Source: Candidatus Hadarchaeum sp. (GTDB lineage: Archaea; Hadarchaeota; Hadarchaeia; Hadarchaeales; Hadarchaeaceae). From it: a stretch of DNA of 64,000 nucleotides. Each line of letters begins with the position of its first letter. Positions within the stretch are counted from its first letter, which is position 1. The position numbers and the translations under genes are program-made. The stretch covers positions 32,001 through 96,000 of the forward strand of contig NZ_JAVZIN010000003.1 in the NCBI RefSeq assembly GCF_038871235.1. Direction: 5' to 3'. The notes beneath the pieces are model-generated. The model was not told where the DNA came from. It worked only from the letters and a program-made list of their open reading frames with translations, and did no database searches. Shown here one piece after another: positions 1 through 10,717 of this stretch.

Positions 1-1
1 A

Positions 2-211
2 ATCATTGTGTTCGTCCATGGAGAATTGGTTCAGAACTTGTCCTGGAACTTCTCCTCCTACCCTGTACTCGATTTTTCCATTTAATATAGATATTTTGTG
101 TATCTTCGTGTTGGTAAGCCATTCCTCTTTACCTTGCATGCTAACCATCTGGGCGCCGGTGTAGGTTATGTAAATGTTGTTAAGCGAATCAGGGTCGGAT
201 AATAAACCCAT
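2..211 (-). pseudogene. Fragment of a secreted beta-propeller protein (Beta_propel/COG4880-like); starts mid-domain and runs off the window
   Basis: Manual translation gives MGLLSDPDSLNNIYITYT...TKIHKISILNGKIEYRVGGEVPGQVLNQFSMDEHND. NIYIT, TxIHK and GxVPGxVLNQFSMDE normally lie in the middle of this family. Not in the ORF track. Confidence 0.6.
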
Positions 212-230
212 GTCCGGTTCAAAATCAATT

Positions 231-530
231 TCATAATTTAAAAAAGTATTTGGACAAAAACACCTTATTTCCCTTTATTTCGACTCCCTCGTGCAACAGA
301 AGATTTTTCTTTTTCTCGATCCCTCCAGCGTAGCCTCCAATATGGCCGTCTGATTTGATAACCCGATGACAAGGAATTTTTATTGGGTGGGGATTTTTTG
401 CCAAAGCCCTAGCCACCGCTCTGTAGGCCTTCGGTTTCCCCATCGCTAGGGCGATTTGCTTGTAGGTCGTTACCTTCCCGCGTGGAATTTTTGCCGTCAG
501 CTCCAGAACCTGGCGCTGGAATTCTTGCAT
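231..530 (-). CDS. ogt: Methylated-DNA--protein-cysteine methyltransferase (C-terminal domain only)
   Basis: IPCHRV active site, IPRGKVTTYKQIA and RAVARAL helix-turn-helix. Confidence 0.93.
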   Translation of the reverse strand: MQEFQRQVLELTAKIPRGKVTTYKQIALAMGKPKAYRAVARALAKNPHPIKIPCHRVIKSDGHIGGYAGGIEKKKNLLLHEGVEIKGNKVFLSKYFFKL

Positions 531-583
531 ACACCACAATATTGTTTCTTACTTATTATATCCGGAGTTCCTATCTTCTTCTG

Positions 584-1657
584 ATGATCGAGATCGATGG
601 ATCGATGGGTGAGGGAGGCGGTGCGGTTCTTCGCACCGCTCTAGCGCTCGGGGCCGTGAGCGGACAGCCGATTCATATTTTTAACATCAGAGCCGGTAGA
701 GACAAGCCCGGGCTTCAGGCGCAGCATCTCCATGGTGTCGAGGCCTTGGCAAAAATCACTGGTGCTGAGCTTCGTGGAGCGATGCTGAATTCAACCGAAC
801 TCACTTTTATTCCAGGTGAGATTCAAGCTGGCCGATACCACGTTGATATAGGCACAGCTGGTAGCACCACCTTAATTCTGCAGATACTCATGCCGGCAGT
901 TGCCTTTGCGAGTGGGCCGGTTGATATTGAGATAAGGGGTGGGACGGACAACCCGATGGCACCACCGATCGACTATTTAAAGAACGTTACTATTCCAATA
1001 CTTCGCCGCATGGGCTACCGCGGCGAGGTCGAATGTCTCAGGCGTGGACACTATCCACGAGGCGGGGGCATAGTTCGGGCAAAGATTGAACCTGTGGAGC
1101 AGTTTAAGTCTATAAGTCTTGTTAATCAAGGTAAGATATTGAGGGTGGCCGGAGTTGCCCATGCGGTGAGACTACCGCCGCGGGTAGCAACCAGAATTGC
1201 CCACGCCGCCAGTTTGGAGTTGTTAAAGTCGCTTAGGGCTCCCGTGGACATCCGGTGTGAGTCGTATCAAATTGAACAGGACCCGCACCTCGGACCCGGT
1301 GCTGGATTAACCATCTGGGCTGAAACAGATAGTGGAGCAATTATTGGTACCAGCTCGCTGGGAGAACCCGGTAAACCATCTGAAAAAGTTGGCCGTGAGG
1401 CTGCTCTTGATTTGATTGTGCAACTGAGAACAGGTGGGGCATGCGATCGCTATCTATCCGATCAGCTCATTCCCTACTTGGCCCTCGCTGAAGGTACTTC
1501 AGAGATAACCTGTACTTCGCTCACTTCACACACCATCACTAATATCGAACTGGTGCGCAGAATTCTGGGCGTGGATATTGAGGTTTTTGGGGAACTCGGT
1601 CGACCCGGTAAAATAACGGTTACTGGCATTGGGTTCAAAAAAACGGATAAATCTTAA
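584..1657 (+). CDS. rtcA: RNA 3'-terminal phosphate cyclase
   Basis: IEIDGSMGEGGGAVLR N-terminus, RRGHYPRGGG, DQLIPYLALA. Start moved to ATG 584. Confidence 0.95.
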   Translation: MIEIDGSMGEGGGAVLRTALALGAVSGQPIHIFNIRAGRDKPGLQAQHLHGVEALAKITGAELRGAMLNSTELTFIPGEIQAGRYHVDIGTAGSTTLILQILMPAVAFASGPVDIEIRGGTDNPMAPPIDYLKNVTIPILRRMGYRGEVECLRRGHYPRGGGIVRAKIEPVEQFKSISLVNQGKILRVAGVAHAVRLPPRVATRIAHAASLELLKSLRAPVDIRCESYQIEQDPHLGPGAGLTIWAETDSGAIIGTSSLGEPGKPSEKVGREAALDLIVQLRTGGACDRYLSDQLIPYLALAEGTSEITCTSLTSHTITNIELVRRILGVDIEVFGELGRPGKITVTGIGFKKTDKS

Positions 1658-1704
1658 TATGTTGAGACCGAATTAAATCGAAAGTGTCATGTCGGGTGAG
1701 ATCA

Positions 1705-3012
1705 GTGATAGATCTTGAAAAAATGGAGCAGGCTAGGCGTGAATATGTGGAGAAGATGAAAGGCATAACACTTACCGAGTTCGACCTAGATAAATGGGAG
1801 AAAATAAGGGAGAGCATTTATCCCCCGCGTCGTTTGAATCTTGACGTTATCATAGACGATACGACGTTGAGGGATGGACTGCAGATGGCGGGTCTCGTGA
1901 GTCCTTTGCCCGCCGACGCCGCCAGAATTGCTGAGTTTCTCAGGGACATCGGCGTGGAGAGGCTTGAGGTTATGACTTACACCAAGTCTGATAAGGAGGC
2001 AATCAGGATGATGCAGGACAAGGGCTTGGGAGACATGATTGCTGCTTGGTGTCGGGCTTCTAAGGAGGACGTAGATTCCGCGCTGCAGCTCGATTTTAAG
2101 CAGGTCGGAATTTCCCACCCAGTTTCCTACATTCATTTTGAGAAGTGGTCTGATGTTCCCTTGCAGGATTTGGTGAAGAGAGTAGCTGATGTTGTCCTCT
2201 ATGCCAAGGACCATGGTCTGGATGTTTTTGTGCACGGTGAGGACAGCACGAGGGCCGACTGGAACTTCGAGAAGTACTTCGTAAACACGGTGGCCGAGGC
2301 CGGAGCCAGCGTCTACCGTATCTGCGACACCATTGGTTGCGGTTCTTCTGACCCAAATGATCCGCTCCCGATTGGTATCCCAATGAAGGTGAGGAAGATG
2401 AAGGAGGAGACCAAGATACCTTATCTCGAGATACACACCCACGATGACATGGGAACTTCTTTGGAGAACACCATGGCGGCGATCCGAGCTGCTTCTGGGC
2501 TTTACGACAAGATCTACGTGAGTTCTACCTTTCTTGGCATTGGGGAGCGATCCGGAAACGTGGAAACTGAGAAGATCATCATGAACTGTTATCTACACCA
2601 CGGCATGAAAAAATGGGACCTCCGCTATCTGAGGGAACTCACCATTTTTATGGCCTCGGCGCTGAAGTACAACGTTCCTCTGAACAAATCCATCGTTGGA
2701 GACTTGGCTTTCGCCCACGAGTCCGGAGTCCACATTCACGGGCTCATGGCCTCGCCGTTGACCTATGAGCTTTTCCCCCCGGAACTCGTCGGGCAGAAGC
2801 GGACGATCGTGATTGGGAAGAGATCAGGTAAGCATGGTATTAGGCTGAAGCTGGAGCAGTTGACTGGGCAGAAGATTTCAGAGGACGATCCTAGGCTGGC
2901 CAAGCTGGTTGACATAATCAAGGATAAATTTGTCTCCGGATTGAGGAGATACCCAATTAAGGACACAGAGTTCAGAAATCTGGCTCAGAAAGTAGGGTTC
3001 GAGATGAAGTAG
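1705..3012 (+). CDS. DRE-TIM metallolyase: Re-citrate synthase / homocitrate synthase family
   Basis: DTTLRDGLQ, HTHDD metal motif, GIGERSGN, AFAHESGVH. No LeuA regulatory domain. RBS GGTGA precedes GTG 1705. Confidence 0.85.
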   Translation: MIDLEKMEQARREYVEKMKGITLTEFDLDKWEKIRESIYPPRRLNLDVIIDDTTLRDGLQMAGLVSPLPADAARIAEFLRDIGVERLEVMTYTKSDKEAIRMMQDKGLGDMIAAWCRASKEDVDSALQLDFKQVGISHPVSYIHFEKWSDVPLQDLVKRVADVVLYAKDHGLDVFVHGEDSTRADWNFEKYFVNTVAEAGASVYRICDTIGCGSSDPNDPLPIGIPMKVRKMKEETKIPYLEIHTHDDMGTSLENTMAAIRAASGLYDKIYVSSTFLGIGERSGNVETEKIIMNCYLHHGMKKWDLRYLRELTIFMASALKYNVPLNKSIVGDLAFAHESGVHIHGLMASPLTYELFPPELVGQKRTIVIGKRSGKHGIRLKLEQLTGQKISEDDPRLAKLVDIIKDKFVSGLRRYPIKDTEFRNLAQKVGFEMK

Positions 3013-3025
3013 GTCCTGTGAGAGC

Positions 3026-4285
3026 ATGGGAAAAACGATAACGGAGAAGATATTGGGCAGGGCAGCTGGGATGGACGTTTCTCCCGGAGATCTGATAGTA
3101 GCGCCGATAGATACCTGCATGGCTCACGATGGCACGGCGCCGCTGGCCATCAAGGCCTTCCGCGAAATGGGGGCTAAGAAGGTCTGGGATCCCCGCAGGG
3201 TCGCCTTAGTTATTGATCACATCGCCCCGAGTTCGTCAGAAGGAACCTCAAATCTTCACATATTGATGAGACAGTTTGCCGCTGAGCACGGCATTAAGCT
3301 GTTTGATGTCGGCGAGGGGATCTGCCATCAGATAATGCCTGAAAAAGGTTATGTCCTGCCGGGCCGTGTGATCGTCGGTGCTGATTCACACACTTGTACC
3401 TATGGTGCGTTTGGGGCTTTCTCCACAGGTATTGGCTCCACGGAACTGGCCGCCGTCATGGTTTCCGGGAAGCTCTGGTTCCGGGTGCCTGAGTCCATTA
3501 GATGTGAGGTAAATGGTCCGATGCCCATCGGGGTCGTGCCGAAGGACGTAATTTTGCACATCTTGGGACTAATCGGTGCTGATGGCGCCACCTACAAGGC
3601 AATTGAGTTTTCTGGCGATGTCGTAGCTGGAATGAGCGTCTCAGGCAGAATGACTCTCTGCAACATGGTAGTTGAGATGGGGGCCAAGAACGGAATAGTT
3701 GAACCCGATGAAAAGGTTAAGGAGTTCCTCAAGGGGAGAACGCGGGTAGAGGGAGATTATCTGAGGAGCGATCCGGACGCCGAGTATTCAAAGATCTTTG
3801 AAATTTCTGCTGAGGAGCTGGAGCCCATGGTCGCCTGTCCAAGTTCCGTGGATAATGTCAGACCGGTCAGTGAGGTGGATGGCATCAGGGTGAATCAGGT
3901 TTTCTTGGGCAGCTGCACCAACGGCAGGTTTGAGGACCTTCTCGATGCCGCTAAGATCCTGAAAGGAAGAAAGGTTAAAGAAGGAGTGAGAATGCTGGTG
4001 ATACCCGCATCTCGCGAGGTTTATCTTGAGGCCATGAAGATGGGGCTGTTGCAGATTCTGGCTGAGGCCGGCTGTTCCATTTATGGCCCTGGCTGCGGCC
4101 CCTGCCCTGGCGGCCATCTGGGAGTTCTGGGCCAGGGTGAGGTCTGCGTTTCGACATCGAACCGGAACTTTATGGGAAGAATGGGTAGCAAGGAAGCGCA
4201 GATATATCTGGTCTCCCCACTGACAGCGGCAGCTTCAGCGGTAACTGGGGAGTTGACGGATCCAAGAAGGTTTATAGAGGGATAA
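3026..4285 (+). CDS. LeuC/HacA-type (homo)aconitase or isopropylmalate isomerase, large subunit
   Basis: GADSHTCTYGA, GSCTNGR, CGPC [4Fe-4S] ligands, STSNRNF. Confidence 0.93.
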   Translation: MGKTITEKILGRAAGMDVSPGDLIVAPIDTCMAHDGTAPLAIKAFREMGAKKVWDPRRVALVIDHIAPSSSEGTSNLHILMRQFAAEHGIKLFDVGEGICHQIMPEKGYVLPGRVIVGADSHTCTYGAFGAFSTGIGSTELAAVMVSGKLWFRVPESIRCEVNGPMPIGVVPKDVILHILGLIGADGATYKAIEFSGDVVAGMSVSGRMTLCNMVVEMGAKNGIVEPDEKVKEFLKGRTRVEGDYLRSDPDAEYSKIFEISAEELEPMVACPSSVDNVRPVSEVDGIRVNQVFLGSCTNGRFEDLLDAAKILKGRKVKEGVRMLVIPASREVYLEAMKMGLLQILAEAGCSIYGPGCGPCPGGHLGVLGQGEVCVSTSNRNFMGRMGSKEAQIYLVSPLTAAASAVTGELTDPRRFIEG

Positions 4286-4287
4286 CT

Positions 4288-4806
4288 TTGGTAATAAAGG
4301 GACAGGTTTGGAAATTTGGGGACTCGGTCAGCACCGATGCCATTATCTCAGGTAAATACAAGTTCAAGACGATCGATTTGGATGAACTGGCGAAGCATGC
4401 GATGGAAACGTTTGCGCCTGATTTTGCCCGGCTGGTGAAAAGAGGGGACATCATCGTTGCCGGTGAAAATTTCGGTTGTGGTTCCAGCCGGGAACAGGCT
4501 CCTCTGGTCCTAAGACAGCTGGGAGTCGGTGCAATTGTGGCCAAGTCGTTTGCCAGGATATTCTACCGGAACAGCTTCAACGTTGGGCTTCCTGTCGTTG
4601 AGTGCCATGAGCTTCACGATCGGGCGAAGCAAGGTGACGTGCTTGAAATAGATCTGAGGGGGGGGACGATCTTGAACCTGACTACTGGTGAGTCCTTCAG
4701 GGCCAAGCCCGTTCCGGAGTTTCTGTTACAGATGTTAGAAGACGGCGGCTTGGTCGAGCAGTACCGGAAGTATGGTGAGTTTAAGTGGAGCACGTCGTCA
4801 CGCTGA
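4288..4806 (+). CDS. LeuD/HacB-type small subunit
   Basis: [32 protein letters not shown]. Confidence 0.93.
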   Translation: MVIKGQVWKFGDSVSTDAIISGKYKFKTIDLDELAKHAMETFAPDFARLVKRGDIIVAGENFGCGSSREQAPLVLRQLGVGAIVAKSFARIFYRNSFNVGLPVVECHELHDRAKQGDVLEIDLRGGTILNLTTGESFRAKPVPEFLLQMLEDGGLVEQYRKYGEFKWSTSSR

Positions 4807-5864
4807 TCTACGGTGACGGGGTCGGCCCGGAAGTCATGACTGCGGCGAGGAGATGTATTGAGGCCACTGGCGTTAGGATAAAATGGGAGGTAGTTGAGGC
4901 CGGAGCTGAGGTTATTCCTAAGTATGGTACACCGCTCCCGGAGGAGGTCTTGGAGTCGATAAAGAGAAATGGGGTGGCTTTGAAGGGACCTATTACTACC
5001 CCAGTTGGCAGCGGCTTCAGAAGTGTCAATGTGGCCCTGAGAAAGGAACTTGACCTCTATGCCTGCCTGAGGCCTTGCAAATGGTATCCCGGCGTGCGCT
5101 CCAGATATATCGGCGTTGATCTTATCGTGGTTAGGGAGAACACCGAGGACCTGTACGCTGGCATTGAATACGAGCCCGGAAAGCCTGAAACTGAGGAGTT
5201 CATCAGATTTGTCAGGGAAAGAAAAAAGACAGTAATTCGTGAAGGATCTGGCATAAGCTTGAAGCCGATTTCACCAGCAGCCTCTGAAAGGATAGTCAGG
5301 TTTGCCTTTAACTACGCTAGGCGGAACGGCAGGAAGAAGGTCACCGCGGTGCACAAGGCCAATATCATGAAGTTTTCCGACGGCGTGTTTTTGGAGACGG
5401 CAAGGAGAGTGGCAGCCGAGTTCCCTGACATCGCCTTTGAGGATAGGATTGTCGATAATATGTGCATGCAGCTGGTGCAGAAGCCTGAATTGTATGATGT
5501 AATAGTCGCACCCAACCTCTACGGTGACATTCTCTCAGACTTATGTGCCGGGCTGGTCGGTGGCCTAGGCGTTGCTCCCGGTGCCAACATTGGAGACCAG
5601 GTGGCAGTTTTTGAGCCAACTCATGGCAGCGCCCCGAAGTATGCGGGGAAGAACAAGGTCAACCCAACGGCAGCTGTTCTTTCCGGAGTTATGTTGTTGC
5701 GCTATCTGGGGGAGCTGGAGGCTGCACGAAGGTTGGAAGAGGCTGTGGCCAGAGTTATAAAAGAGGGCAAGCGAGTCACCTACGATCTCAAACCAGATCC
5801 AGAAGACCCGACTGCGGCAGGTACTTCTGAGATGGCAGACGCAATCATTGAAGCGCTGTGTTAG
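4785..5864 (+). CDS. Isocitrate/homoisocitrate dehydrogenase family (beta-decarboxylating)
   Basis: [47 protein letters not shown]. Confidence 0.9.
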   Translation: MEHVVTLIYGDGVGPEVMTAARRCIEATGVRIKWEVVEAGAEVIPKYGTPLPEEVLESIKRNGVALKGPITTPVGSGFRSVNVALRKELDLYACLRPCKWYPGVRSRYIGVDLIVVRENTEDLYAGIEYEPGKPETEEFIRFVRERKKTVIREGSGISLKPISPAASERIVRFAFNYARRNGRKKVTAVHKANIMKFSDGVFLETARRVAAEFPDIAFEDRIVDNMCMQLVQKPELYDVIVAPNLYGDILSDLCAGLVGGLGVAPGANIGDQVAVFEPTHGSAPKYAGKNKVNPTAAVLSGVMLLRYLGELEAARRLEEAVARVIKEGKRVTYDLKPDPEDPTAAGTSEMADAIIEALC

Positions 5865-5984
5865 TTTTGGATCGGTGATAAGGGACTCGGTCGGTTTGTA
5901 AATAAAGATGATTGATTATCTGCGTCAATTCCATAAAAGCCTAGAACTTTCTCCCATGTTTTAAATTTGGCCCAGATTTTTTAT

Positions 5985-6284
5985 TTATCCCTTCCAGAGC
6001 CCAAGAGCCAGCCCGAAGAGAAAGGCGACTGAAGAGTAAGGCAGGACATTAATCCATCCGCTGCCGGCTTCGTAAAGTTTGGGCAGCATTTGCATAGCCT
6101 TATCAAACAGATCGTGAAAGCTCAAGCTCAGTGCTCCGGTAGCAACAAGGACGAGGATGAGGGCGATGAGAAGTACCATGAGGTTAAAAGCTTTTTTAAT
6201 GATGGCTCCGACTAACAGCCCTATGATGAAAGCCGCAACTATGGGCACAACCCAGGCAAATTCCACGAGTTCCATTTTCTCCAC
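5985..6284 (-). CDS. Small membrane protein (FUN14-like)
   Basis: Three hydrophobic segments; FIIGLLVGAIIKK and FLFGLALG motifs. Confidence 0.6.
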   Translation of the reverse strand: MEKMELVEFAWVVPIVAAFIIGLLVGAIIKKAFNLMVLLIALILVLVATGALSLSFHDLFDKAMQMLPKLYEAGSGWINVLPYSSVAFLFGLALGLWKG

Positions 6285-6388
6285 CTTTCACTTTTACAGA
6301 CCAAAACTTAAAACTTCTTTTTTGTCTACTTTTTTGAAAGGGGCAAGCTTAAAGCCGAATTGAGGGATTAAAACTAAACAGTGGTTGT

Positions 6389-6664
6389 ATGAAAAAATTT
6401 ATTCCAAATCTATTGGTGTTGGCTCTAGCAGCGATTGCTTTTGCTTGTTTAACTTGGGGTTTTTATTACGAGTGGCCCGACTACGTGCATGTTGATTACG
6501 GAATTCCTCTCACCTGGGCCACCCATACTTACATCACGATAATCGGGCCGCCAGCGGCACCATGGAGGGTTGACCTCTTGGCCCTACAGATAGACTTGGT
6601 TTTCTGGTTTGGATTAATTGTACTAGCAGCCCATGCCGGGAAAATTTTAGTGAGATCAGATTAG
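6389..6664 (+). CDS. Hypothetical two-TM membrane protein
   Basis: Two hydrophobic helices flanking YGIPLTW; TATA-like sequence upstream. Confidence 0.6.
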   Translation: MKKFIPNLLVLALAAIAFACLTWGFYYEWPDYVHVDYGIPLTWATHTYITIIGPPAAPWRVDLLALQIDLVFWFGLIVLAAHAGKILVRSD

Positions 6665-6673
6665 GGCACAATT

Positions 6674-7063
6674 TTAGCTGTTTTCCCCTTTGAGGAGAAT
6701 TATCGCTTTTTTCACAGCCTGTCGAGCATTTTGTATGAATTTTTGAATATCAGTTTCGCTAGCGTTGTTTTGATGAATTCCGACAGAGACCACGACGACG
6801 CGGTTTAGTTCTCGGGCTAGTTCCTCGGAGGCTGTCCTAGCGATCTCGTCGTCCTTGTGTCCAATCAAAGTGAAGATAGATGAGGTGGCGCTCAGTTTAT
6901 TGGGGTTCTTAAGGCTGGGCCTAGGAACCGCTACCGCCACGGCCCCCACATGGGGATAGTTTCCGCCGAATATCGCTACAACGAGGTCTTTTCCAGCAAG
7001 CAAGAGAGCAAGCTGAACTTTATGTTTTCCTCTCCCAGCACTAATCCTGAGGTGAGTTTTCAT
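6674..7063 (-). CDS. LpdD-like (prenylated-flavin chaperone-like) protein
   Basis: GGxxPHVGAVA, GHKDD, VGIH conserved histidines. Confidence 0.7.
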   Translation of the reverse strand: MKTHLRISAGRGKHKVQLALLLAGKDLVVAIFGGNYPHVGAVAVAVPRPSLKNPNKLSATSSIFTLIGHKDDEIARTASEELARELNRVVVVSVGIHQNNASETDIQKFIQNARQAVKKAIILLKGENS

Positions 7064-7190
7064 CGAGTTTTCCCAAGATAATGTACGGGTTGCGAAATAT
7101 TTAGTGATTTAGGGACTGGAGGGGGTTTCTGGGGCTCCGGGACACTTTTAAAGGCAGGCATTAAAGGTTAATTTGACCGGGGGAAAATAG

Positions 7191-7673
7191 TTGGAGCTAA
7201 AAATAGTGGAATTAGTTCCTCCTGAGGGCTGCAACGTGATTCTCTGTCAGTCGCACTTCATCAAGACGGTTGAGGATGTGCACGAGGCGCTGGTGACTTC
7301 TGTTCCGGGATTGAAATTTGGGTTGGCCTTTTGTGAATCAAGCGGGCCCTGTCTCGTCAGGCACAGCGGCACGGATTCGGGGCTCGAGGAATTTGCGGCA
7401 AAAAAAGCGCTCGAGATCGGAGCTGGTCACAGCCTACTGATTTTAATAAAAGGAGCCTATCCGATAAACGTTTTGAACAGAATTAAGGAGATAACTGAGA
7501 TCTGCAACATTTTCGCAGCCACCGCCAATCCGTTGCAGATTGTCTTAGCTGAGACCGAGCAGGGCCGCGGAATTTTAGGAGTGGTGGACGGCTTCAAGAG
7601 TCAGGGTATTGAAACAGAGAAAGACGTGGCTTGGCGAAAGGAGTTCCTGAGGAAGATAGGCTACAAGCTTTGA
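7191..7673 (+). CDS. Adenosine-specific kinase family (DUF355)
   Basis: QSHFIKTVED, FCESSG, ATANP, GRGILGVVDG, RKIGYK. Confidence 0.9.
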   Translation: MELKIVELVPPEGCNVILCQSHFIKTVEDVHEALVTSVPGLKFGLAFCESSGPCLVRHSGTDSGLEEFAAKKALEIGAGHSLLILIKGAYPINVLNRIKEITEICNIFAATANPLQIVLAETEQGRGILGVVDGFKSQGIETEKDVAWRKEFLRKIGYKL

Positions 7674-7683
7674 TGGTTCCCGA

Positions 7684-8670
7684 TCAAATTAATTTTTGTT
7701 TTAGCTCTGAAACACCTTCGCCAGTAGTCGCCGTTATAAATAGGACATCTGGATGAACCTTCCGCATTTCCTCGATTTTCTCTTTATTTAGTAGGTCGGT
7801 TTTGTTGACGACCACGAAAACTTTAGTTTCAGGGAAAGATTTCCTCACATCTTCCAGAAGATTTAGCTGATCCTTCGACCGATAGCCACAGCTTTCGGAA
7901 GGGTCTAGGATGAACACAATGCTCTTGGCGAGGTGTTTCAAGGCCGATATGGCCTGTAGCTCAACTTTGTTCCGTTTTTCTAGAGGCCTATCCAACAATC
8001 CCGGTGTGTCAATGACTTGGTAGCGCTGGTGTCCGTGCTCAAAATATCCCAGTTGCAACCCCGTGGTGGTAAATGGATAGGGGGCGATCTTCGGAGCGGA
8101 TCCGGTCAGAGCCTTCAACAGCGTTGATTTGCCCACGTTGGGATAGCCCGCGATAACGATTGTTGGCAGGTCAAGGTAGACGTCGGGCAGATCTGAGAGC
8201 CTCTTGGCGGCCTCCTTCAAAAAAATCAGGTTACGATCTATTTTCTTTAGAACCGAGGAGATCCTACCATAGGCTTGCCGACGCACTGCAGCGGCTTCAG
8301 CGGGATTTTTGATCATCTTAAGCTTCCTCAGCTGTTCGCGTCTAATCTTGTCCACGACTTTGGCCGTACCGCCGATCGCACCCAGCGACTTTCTCAGCTC
8401 GTCAATGCCTTCGATGGCTTCGACGAGGTCGCGGTAAAAAGGCGGCAGGTCGGCCAAGGAGGGAAAGTCAACAACGATTTTCCTAAGGTATTCAGCTATC
8501 GTCGTCGTTGCTATCGTTATGCGCTGCCGTTCCCTCTGAATCGCCACCTCTCGCGGTGACCCCTCGACCCTAGCTGTACCCTCGGAGGCTCTTTTGAAAG
8601 CGGTGTCGATTAGTTCTCTAGCAGTTAATACATTTGGCAGCTTTCCCAAGGTTATCTTTTCCATAATCAT
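7684..8670 (-). CDS. NOG1-family GTPase
   Basis: GYPNVGKS, YPFTT, DTPG, NKTD. Confidence 0.92.
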   Translation of the reverse strand: MIMEKITLGKLPNVLTARELIDTAFKRASEGTARVEGSPREVAIQRERQRITIATTTIAEYLRKIVVDFPSLADLPPFYRDLVEAIEGIDELRKSLGAIGGTAKVVDKIRREQLRKLKMIKNPAEAAAVRRQAYGRISSVLKKIDRNLIFLKEAAKRLSDLPDVYLDLPTIVIAGYPNVGKSTLLKALTGSAPKIAPYPFTTTGLQLGYFEHGHQRYQVIDTPGLLDRPLEKRNKVELQAISALKHLAKSIVFILDPSESCGYRSKDQLNLLEDVRKSFPETKVFVVVNKTDLLNKEKIEEMRKVHPDVLFITATTGEGVSELKQKLI

Positions 8671-8730
8671 CAAGATTAAGTACGGGTCGCGACTGTAATA
8701 ATACCATGTTTTAATTAAATCAAGCCCGGC

Positions 8731-9582
8731 TCAGCCTAGCAACCCAAACCACGTCAGCAGAAAAAGTACAATGAAGGTCAGCAATGAGAGCTGATTAGAC
8801 CTCCACCTTCCAGAGGCCAGTTCCTTAGCCTCCTTCATCACCAAGGAAATCTTTTGCAGCATCGGGTTGAATCCCGCCCTGATGATTGAGACGAAGAAGA
8901 ACATTGCGACGACGAGGAAGAAAATCGCCACCAATGGTGAAACCAGAAACAAAACGCTGGCGCTCGGTGACAAGTACGCCTCGACTGGAGCCGCCATGAT
9001 TATCAGGGTTAGCCCCAGAGCGACAAGGATGATATAGTCAACTAAATATTTCTTGGCAACTGCTTTTCCCCTCTTGGTGATCTTCCATGATCCCGCCGCC
9101 AGAACTTTGCCAAGGTAGCTCCAAAGCTTCCAGCCGAGCCGCAGCGAGGCCGCACCAACGATGAAAGCCCCGGTAAGTTCGAGAGTACCATGCAGAAAGA
9201 TGACGGCCATGAATGTAAGTAGCACAATTGGTCCGTGAAGGTGGTAGTTGTACACTAATGCGAGCCCTATTTGGTGACTCGTCATAAGGATGGAGGCAGT
9301 CCCGGTATAGATTGGAAAGGCAGTTACATAAATGCTGATGACTTTAAGGTTGTTTGTCCAGTAGAACTTTGTCCTTGACCATTCGTCCATTACCATGACG
9401 TTTTCCAGCAAGCTGTCGTACTTTTTAACCTCGGGTAAGTTGATGAATTGCTCGCGGTCGAAGGACAATAGGAAGTAGGCGGTGCTCATAAACATAATGG
9501 TCAGGAAAGATAGTGTTATGAAGCTGATGGCAGCGGAGTTTCTGCTTAGAGCACCGGTCAAAGCGCGTTTCGAATTGTTCAT
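8731..9582 (-). CDS. SpoIIM/DUF95-family membrane protein
   Basis: NNLKV, HGTLEL, AAPVEAYLSP; multiple TM helices. Confidence 0.75.
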   Translation of the reverse strand: MNNSKRALTGALSRNSAAISFITLSFLTIMFMSTAYFLLSFDREQFINLPEVKKYDSLLENVMVMDEWSRTKFYWTNNLKVISIYVTAFPIYTGTASILMTSHQIGLALVYNYHLHGPIVLLTFMAVIFLHGTLELTGAFIVGAASLRLGWKLWSYLGKVLAAGSWKITKRGKAVAKKYLVDYIILVALGLTLIIMAAPVEAYLSPSASVLFLVSPLVAIFFLVVAMFFFVSIIRAGFNPMLQKISLVMKEAKELASGRWRSNQLSLLTFIVLFLLTWFGLLG

Positions 9583-9769
9583 GAAACTCAAAATTATTTC
9601 TTTTTGGGCATCTAATAGCTACATGGATCGGCATTGAGTTCGGGCATCAATAAAATTGGCGAACGTTTGCCCCACAGTAACGGTGGATTGTTGGTAAAAT
9701 TATGGAGATCGGCCTCGGCCTTAACATTCGGATTCAGCTACAAGACAATCGGAAAATTAAGCCTTAATT

Positions 9770-10717
9770 TTACTCTTTCACGTAGCGTTTCCAGGCAAAG
9801 CTTCTTTCAAATTCAAGCTCGCTTGGTAAATTTGCCCGCTTCAGTATTTCATTGGCCTCGTCCAAGCTTGTTGTTGGCACCAGCGCCTTCGCCACCTTGC
9901 TGATGTTTTCGAAGACAATCCTAGTGTCAAGATAAAAGGTGAGCGCGGACATTGGTGTTACCTGCACCTTACAACGCCCACCTCTTATTTCAACCTCCCC
10001 AGTAAGCCCTTTTGCGGCTTTGACGGCGAGCAGACTCGCCTCGGTCTTAGTTCGGGGAATTACCTCCTCGAGTATCTCGACGTCCTCAGGTGTCAGACAT
10101 CTGGCGCCGAGCAGACCTCCGTGTGCCGCGATTTTTGCCAATTGCCGGTTAAATTCGTCAAAGGTTAGTTCACCATCCATACAGCAGCCCAAGACGCCGA
10201 GAACTGTTGGCACCTCAAGGTTGGCCATTGCCGAGAGCATCATGCTGTCGGCGAGCATGCTGTGGAGGCCCTTCTCCCGACCATCGCCGAGGACATCGCC
10301 GCCGACATCGATGCCTACGAAGAGGTCAGCGTCAAGTTTCCGCATGGCCTCGTTAAGGCCTTCGATTACCCCTTTTACCCCTTGGTTCAGGTCGATAAGT
10401 AAAGTTCTCTCTTGGAGCACCTCGGCCACAACGGATTCGGTGAATCTTATTCCCTTAGTAGTTCGAGTTCTTTCGTTGGCCAGCCCCACCGTTGGTGAGA
10501 GCAGTTCGATGTCAACTATCTCCTCCATCTTTCTTGGCCCTGGCTCCGGGTCGTTGACATAGCGTTCCCAGGTAAGTCCGCCGAGGATGGTAGGTGTTCC
10601 CAGCCAGCGGAGGTAGCGCGAGGTGGGTATGGCTCCGATGATATCTCCGCCTCCCCCGATTCCAACCACCACGGCACGTCGGGAATTTTTGGCCAAGGAT
10701 TCAAATGATTTCTTCAT
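9770..10717 (-). CDS. DUF1152 family protein
   Basis: GIGGGGDI, DVGGDVL, GCCMDGEL. Confidence 0.85.
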   Translation of the reverse strand: MKKSFESLAKNSRRAVVVGIGGGGDIIGAIPTSRYLRWLGTPTILGGLTWERYVNDPEPGPRKMEEIVDIELLSPTVGLANERTRTTKGIRFTESVVAEVLQERTLLIDLNQGVKGVIEGLNEAMRKLDADLFVGIDVGGDVLGDGREKGLHSMLADSMMLSAMANLEVPTVLGVLGCCMDGELTFDEFNRQLAKIAAHGGLLGARCLTPEDVEILEEVIPRTKTEASLLAVKAAKGLTGEVEIRGGRCKVQVTPMSALTFYLDTRIVFENISKVAKALVPTTSLDEANEILKRANLPSELEFERSFAWKRYVKE

